From the human T2T-CHM13v2.0 reference genome, Homo sapiens: a DNA stretch of 64,000 bases. Both the position numbers and the translations under genes were made by a program. The stretch is taken from the NCBI RefSeq assembly GCF_009914755.1, contig NC_060931.1; one strand, written 5' to 3'. This document shows, piece by piece, positions 56,854 to 64,000 of this stretch; the first letter of the stretch is position 1, and each line of letters starts with the position of its first letter. The notes beneath the pieces are model-generated. The model saw nothing but the letters and a program-made list of their open reading frames with translations, made no database searches and was not told where the DNA came from.

Positions 56854-59575
56854 TTCATGATTTCTATTGTAAGCATTTAGTACTATAAATTTCCCTCTCA
56901 GAAAATTTAGGTATGTTTTATACTCTGTGTAATTGTTCTACCAAATTGTTCAGAGAGAAGTATTGTAGTCTCCAGTTGTAATTGTATATTTGTCTATTTC
57001 TTCTTTCAGTTCTATTAGATATTGTTTCACATGTTTTGCAGTCTTTTTGTTTCATACACTTTTGGCATTGTCTTTTTGGTGGATTGACCCTTTTATCATT
57101 CACTAATGTGCCTCTCTGATAATTCTCTTTGCTCTGAATTCTACATATTTTTACAAACTAAAACTTTCAACCTACATGTATCATTATATTTGAAATTAGA
57201 TCCTTGTAGATAGCATATAATTGCACCATAATTTTTTATATACTTGTCACTTCTGTATCTTAATTAGCATATTTAGTCTATTTACATTTGATGTAACTAT
57301 AGATAAATCTTTTATTCTCTGTCCTTTTTGACATTTTCCTGGTTTTCTTTCTGTCTTTAGTTTTGTAACATGTCATTCTGATTTATTTAAATTGTTTTAA
57401 ATTGTATTTATTTGTATAAATTTTTACTGGTAGCTTTAATTTGTAATCTATATCGACTTGAGATTTTACTCTTTGAGTGAAGTATAGAAAACTTACCTCT
57501 TTATACATCTCTATTTCTCCACTATTTATAATTGTCTTAAGTAGTTTCTCTATATACATTGAAAATCATATCAGCCATGCAAGAATTTTTGCTTCAACCA
57601 CCAAACCTAGTATAAAAAACTTAAGAGAAACAATATGTATTGTGTTTACCCATACACTTACTCTTTTCATTGTTCTTTCCTTCTTTCTGATGTTTCAAAG
57701 TTTTGTCTTTCATCATCTTTTTGTTTACAGAACATCCCTTAGCTCTTCCTTTACAAGGCCTGTTAGCGACAAATATTTATAGCTTTCCTTCTTCTAACAT
57801 CTTGATTTCCCCTTTATCCTTGAAGGATACTTGCTGGACATAGGATTTAGTACATTTTTTTCTTTTTGTTTCTTTACTTTTAATACTTGAAAAATGTGCT
57901 GCTTTCTTCAGGCCTCCATGGTTTCTGATGAGAAATTCTTTATCACTTAAATATTTTCTTACTACAAATAAGGTGTCCTTTCTCTCACTCTTTTCAATAA
58001 ATTTTATTCGTTTTTAGTTATCAGAAGTTTGACTATAATGTGTCTTGATGTAGATTTTTTTGAGTTTTTCCTGTTAAGAGATTTACTTTGCTTCTTTAAT
58101 CTGCATGTTTATATATTTCGCAAAATTGATAAGTTTTTAGCCATTATTTCTTTGAGCACTTTTAATCCAATTTTCCCTTTCTTCTCTTTCCAGGACTTCA
58201 ATGACAGGATATTTAGATATTTTGCTAGAATACTATAGAACCCTGAGTATCTGTCCATTTTTTTAGACTATTTTTTCTCTCTTGCTCAGAGTTGCTAATT
58301 TCTATGGCTCTATCTTCCGGATCATTGATTCCCTTTTCTGTTGTCCTTTCCATTCTGTTGATAAGTCCAGACGATGAGTTTGCTTTTTTATTTCATTTTA
58401 CAGTGTTTTTCATTTCTAAAATCCAAACTGGTTCTTTTTCATAATTTCTATTTCTTTGCTGAGTTTTCTATTTTGTTTCAAGAATATAGTAATTATTCCT
58501 TGAAGTCTCTTCATGATGGCTGCTTTAAAATCTGTGTATCAGATATTTGCAGCATTTGTCATCTTGTGTCAGTGTCTTTTTAAATTCAAATTGGGATTTC
58601 CTTTGTTCTTATATGCATATTTTAAAAATGACAGCCTGGACATTGTATGTATTATTTTGTGATGATCTGGAACTTACTTAAATTTTCTGTTTTAATTGGC
58701 TTACTTAGACATTGCTGCAGCAGGGAAAAATAGTAGCATGGACTCATTAATGTCAGGGTAAGGTAGAAGTTCTGGCTCCCATCTAGTCTCTGCTGAGAGC
58801 ACCCTGGTTGGGAGGAGCAGGGTGCCTTTGTACTGCTCCATACCTGATCTCCACTGATAGAAGTGGTGGGAAAGGACTCATTGCTTCTCAGCGGGGAAGA
58901 GTCCTGGCTCTCTACTCAGCCTTCTCTGACACCACAGGGGAGGCTCGAAGCACCTCTCTACAGCTGGGTAAAGGTGATGTTTCAGCTTCTCACTAGGCTT
59001 TTGCTGAAGAGCATGTAGCCACAATACTCTCAGTTGTGTTTGACTGGAGTAGAAAAGTTATTGACTAAAATATTTCTGTCTTATTAGGCTGCTGCTTTCT
59101 GGCCCTTTGACTACAGAGCCAGCTTTTGAGAAGCTTTTTTGATTGTGACTGTTGGTGTTTCTGGGTTACCAGCTTCTTCAGCTACAAGTCTGGGATATGT
59201 GTGGCTAAAAGAAAACCCAGAAAACCAGCCACTGTGTAATTCCTTGTATCTTGAGTTTCCTAGATAGTCTTCTTCTTTCCGTCTTTCAGAATATATATCT
59301 CAGTGCTTTCAGTTGCACTTAGCAGGAAGAATAGGGAAAAGTATGTCTACTTCATCTTCCTAGAGGTGGAAGTACTTCTGACTTGTTTTCTCACTTAGTT
59401 CCTTGCAGCTCTGAGCTTTACTGTCTCTTTGTCCTGCTACTGTACTTGACTATATTCTGGTTAGCTTGACAGTCACATTGGGTCAGTCTTAGGGTCTCAG
59501 CTTGAGGATGAGGCTATGTGATTAAACCTTCATCAAATTTTCTCTAGTTTTGGCTACAAGAAATGTCACATGCAT

Positions 59576-59631
59576 GCACACACAAACACACACACACACA
59601 CCCACACACACAGAGAGAGAGAGAGAGAGAG
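59576..59631. repeat. Compound (CA)n(GA)n microsatellite
   Basis: Directly visible. Confidence 0.95.
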
Positions 59632-60648
59632 CCCTTCATTGTGTAGAGGAATGAATAGCTTTATGTAGGCTTACATTGCTCCTCCCTGCCTTTTCCATTC
59701 CTTCCTGCTAAGCTGACTAAAGCCATCCACCTGCAAGGAAAGAAATCTTGTTCTGACCTCCTACGAGTAAGTGTATTGTTCTTCAACCCAGGGTGCAGAC
59801 CCTCCAGAAAGTTTTTCCCAAATACCTACACCTCCACTCTACATCAAACTCACACATCATATTATCACTGTTTTCTTGTCTTTCTCTTGCACTGGAATGA
59901 CAGCCACCTATTTAAAGGGTCTATATTTTGGAGTATTCATGACTTCAGGCATAATTCTGAGCCTCTAAACAGTGCTGAAAAACTTTGAAACTAAATCAGA
60001 CACAAAGCAAGTTAGATACGGAATCAGTTTGAGGCATAGCCCTCTAATTGAGCTGGGATGAAGGCTGGTTATCTGTTGGCTGTCAGGCTTTGATCACATC
60101 CTAACGTTGAGGCTGTGTTGAATGACTGGAGGGTTTCTTCAGTTTGTGCCTGGCATGCTGATTTCTGTTGGAATTGTAGCTTTCCTTCAAAATCTTAGAC
60201 TTGCTGGCTGGGGCCCTCAGGCTCTGTTGAGCCAGCTTATTTCTGCACCCACCATGAAGGTCTGGAGCAGAAATGGTTATTGTGTTGTAATGGCAGGGCA
60301 CCAGCTGAGATGGACAGATGAGAAAGGGTGCCATCATCAATGAGTAGCATCAGCTGTGGGTGGGAGAGGAACAGAGGAAACAAGTTTGGGTTTGCCAAGG
60401 GGGTCTGGATTATATTTCCTGCTCCATGCCCTGGATGGGGTCTTGTGATGACCCAAAGAGATCAGGTGAACCACTGCTCCCCTAACCTGCCTCTGGAAAC
60501 TTCAATTTCCTGAATACTGCAATTAATCTGACCCTCCCTAACCAAACCATCAGCTTTGGTCATATCTGAGGTCCCTTAGACTAGATGAGTGTTAGCCACC
60601 TGTAAATAGCTTCCCATGCCGTCGGGAAACTAGAAAAGACTACACAAA

Positions 60649-62965
60649 TGTATTAGTCCATTTTCACACTGCTGATAAAGACATACCCAAGACTGAGTAA
60701 TTTATAAAGAAAAAGAGGTTTAATCAACTCACAGTTCCACATGTTTGGGGTTGGGGGGACTCATAATCATGACAGAAGGTGAAAGGCATGTGTTACATGG
60801 CAGCAGGCAGGAGACGATGAGAGCCAAGTGAAAGGGAAAACCCCTTATAAAACCATCAGATATCATGAGACTTTTTCACTACCATGAGAACAGTATGGGG
60901 GAATCCACCCCCATAATTCAGTTATCTCCCACCAGGTCCCTCCCACAACATGTGGAAATTATGGGAGCTACAATTCAAGATGAGATTTAGGTGGGGTCAC
61001 ACCCAGACCATATTATTCTGCCCCTGGCCCCTCCAAAATCTCATGTCCTCACATTTCAAAGCCAATCACACCTTCCCAACAGTCCCCCAACATCTTAACT
61101 CATTTCAGCATTAACTCAAAAGTTCATAGTACAATACAAAGTCTCATCTGAGACAAGGCAAGTCCCTTCTGTCTATAAGCCTGTAAAATCAAAAGCAAGT
61201 TAATTACTTTCTAGATACAATGGGATACAATGGTCTAGCTACAATGGCATTGGATAAATACACCCATTCCAAATGGGATAAATTAGCCAAAATAAAGGTG
61301 CTAAAGGCCCCATGCAAGTCTGAAATCCAGCAGGGCAATTAAATCTTAAAGCTCCGAAACAATCTCATTTGACTCCATGTCTCACATCCAGGTCACACTG
61401 ATGCAAGAGGTGAGTTCCCATGGTCTTTGGCAGCTCCACCCTTGTGGATTTGCAGTGTACAGCCTCCCTCCTGGCTGCTTTCATGGGCTGGCACTGAGTG
61501 TCTGCAGCTTTTCCAGGTACATGGTGCAAGCTGTTGGTGGATCTACCATTCTGGTTCCTGGAGGACAGCGGTTCTCTTCTTATAGCTCCACTAGGCAGTG
61601 CCTGTGGGGACTCTGTGTGGGGGCTTCAACCCCACATTTCCCTTCTGCACTGCCCTAGCAGAGGTTCTCCATGAGGGCCCTGCCCCTGCAGCAAACTTCT
61701 ACCTGGACATCCAGGCATTTCCATACATCAACTGAAATCTAGGCAAAGGTTCCCAGACATCAGTTCTTGACTTCTTTGCACCTACAGGCTCAACACCAAG
61801 TGGAAGCTGCCAAGGCTTGGGGCTTGGACTCTTTGAAGCCATGGTCTGAGTTGTACCGTGGCCATGGCTAGAGTGGTTGGTATGGAGGGCACCAAGTTCC
61901 TTGGCTGCACACAGCAGAAGGGCCCTGGACTGACCCACAGAACCAGTTTTTCCTCCTAGACCTCTGGGCCTGTGATGGGAGGGGCTGCTTCAAAGTTCTC
62001 TGATATGCCCTGTAGACATTTTCACCTTTGTCTTAGTGATTACCATTTGGCTCTTCATTACTTATGCAAATTTCTGCAGCCAGCTTGAATTTCTCCTTGG
62101 AAAATAGGTTTTTCTTTTCTATTGCATTGTCAGGCTGCAAATTTTATGAACCTTTATGCTCTGTTTCCCTTTTAAAACTGAATGCTTTCACCAGCACCTA
62201 AGTCATCTTTGAATGCTTTGTTGCTTAAAAATTTCTTCTGCCAGATACCCTAAGCCATCTCCCTCAAGTTCAAAGTTCCAGAACTGTCTAGGGCAGGGGC
62301 AAAATGCCACCAATCTCTTTGCTACAACATAGCAAAGGTCACCTTTACTCTAGTTCCCAACAATTTCCTCATCTCCATCTGAGACCACCTCAGCCTGGAT
62401 TTCATGGTCCATATCATTATCAACATTTTGGTCAAAGCCATTCAACAAGTCTCTAGGGAGTTCCAAACTTTCCCACATTTTCCTGTCTTCTTCTGAGCAA
62501 TCCAAGCTGTTCCAACCTCTGCCTGTTACCCAGTTCCAAAGTCACTTCCACATTTTTGGGTATCTTTACAGCAGCACCCCACTCTACTGGTACCAATTTA
62601 ATGTATTAGTCCATTTTCACGCTGCTGATAAAGACAAACCTGAGACTGGGTAATTCATAAGGAATTTAAAGAGGTTTAACGTACTCACAGTTTTATGTGG
62701 CTGGGGAGGCCTCATGATCATCGCAGAAGGTGAAAGGTACATCTTACATGGCAGCAGGCAAGGGAGAATGAGAGGCAAGCAAAAAGGGAAACTCCTTGTA
62801 TAACCATTAGATCTCATGAGAGTTATTCACTACCACGAGAGCAGTATGGGGGAACCACCCCCATGGTTCAGTTATCTCCCACAAGATCCTTCCCACAACA
62901 CGTGAGAATTATGGGAACTATAATTCAAGATGATATTTGGGTGGGGACATAGCCAAACCATATCA
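60649..62965 (-). mobile_element. Full-length THE1 (THE1A/B-like) MaLR provirus: 5' LTR 62602-62965, internal 61016-62601, 3' LTR 60649-61015
   Basis: Two homologous ~365-bp LTRs around ~1.6 kb THE1-int. Perfect 5-bp TSD acaaa (60644-60648, 62966-62970). Confidence 0.97.
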
Positions 62966-63039
62966 ACAAATAAGAGATGATTCTGGAAGTTAAGGACTGG
63001 AGTCCAGAATGGTTTGCCAGCACCACCTTAGACAACACA

Positions 63040-63190
63040 GCGTACCTGCAAGCCTTGGGTTTCTCATCTCCCAAATGAGGATGCTAAAAAGTAAGCCAAA
63101 AAAAAATCCCTACCTTCAAAGATTCTGGGAGTCTCACATGAAATGACAAATATGAAAATGCTTTTGCAATTCAAAAATGTTATACAAACA
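63040..63190 (+). mobile_element. MIR
   Basis: ccttgggtttctcatctcccaaatgaggatgct...ccctaccttcaaagattctgggagtctcacatgaaatg. Confidence 0.65.
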
Positions 63191-64000
63191 TTGCCACTTT
63201 TTTCAATATCCTGAACATCCTGAATTGTTAAATAGATCCTTCTAGACACCAACTCTTAGGAATTCTATTTGAATCAGGACAGCCTTGCATGGGCCACCAG
63301 ACTGCTTGTAAATGCAGAAGATATAATTGAAACTTCATAAAGACAACAGGAAATTTATTTGAAAGTGTTGAATTCACATTGCAGAATGATTTATGCACAG
63401 TTACGATTTATGCAGTTAGCTTCTCATGGCTGTATTTTTCCAAAGCTCTGATTAAAACACGATGCAATTCTGAGGTTAACCCCAATCCCTCCTCACTGTG
63501 GGTGGGTGAAATCCTTAGCTAAGTTCAATAGTAGAGACAAAACACTTTTCTTTTAAGATTTGGTTATGCTCTGTCTATATTTTTTTCTAAGTATTGCATC
63601 TGTTTTACCAGAAATTAGTACTTCCTTTTACAATGACTTTTGTGTGAATTACAGTGAATTCTTGAATTCAGTCTACAATTGCTCAATGTTCGGACATCAC
63701 TGTTTTCACTGAAAATACTTCTCTAGCTCTAGCTATCACTGTTCCTAAGTTGTTATTGCACAGAGTTAAATAACACTGAGGAAGACATCTTCTTCTTATA
63801 TGTGCACCCTGCAAATATCCCACAGACAGTGCTGAAGGTATTCCAAAAATTGGTTTCTTCATCAGAACAAATGCGGCAGCAGGAGAAGATGCATAGATAG
63901 CCTGGTTTTTACCAGAGCAGAATAATCCCCTAATTCAATGCCATCTGAAAGCAATATTTCTGTTTATTAATAGACATATAATTTATGCTTTCTGTTTTTT

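Noticed and set aside
61377-61938. ORFs in the THE1 internal region
   Set aside because: Short fragments of decayed MaLR internal sequence; no intact gag-like ORF.

Overview
Primate (very probably human) non-coding, repeat-dense DNA, either intergenic or deep intronic. I find no intact protein-coding gene, tRNA, rRNA or CRISPR array. Main contents: (1) an old MLT1 (MaLR) provirus remnant at <1-3806 carrying four nested insertions; (2) a full-length but dead L1PA7/8-like LINE-1 at 4106-10321 with TSDs and an open antisense ORF0 homologue; (3) DNA-transposon MITEs (MER82, MER6A, Tigger3a, MER5A); (4) nine Alu copies, including a TSD-flanked left monomer; (5) an HMGN1 processed pseudogene at ~47907-49135; (6) solo LTRs (MLT1C, MLT2, THE1, MSTA, LTR33-like) and a full THE1 provirus at 60649-62965; (7) long ancient L1M relics; (8) simple and cryptic repeats. 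I cannot support a new biological system. The most unusual candidates are a cryptic AGY-triplet repeat whose ORF reads as a Ser-rich protein with one 23-residue hydrophobic segment behind a good splice acceptor (possible proto-gene), the ORF0 homologue, and several compact enhancer-like motif clusters. Repeat subfamily names come from remembered consensus sequences and need RepeatMasker/Dfam confirmation. Boundaries of old elements are approximate.
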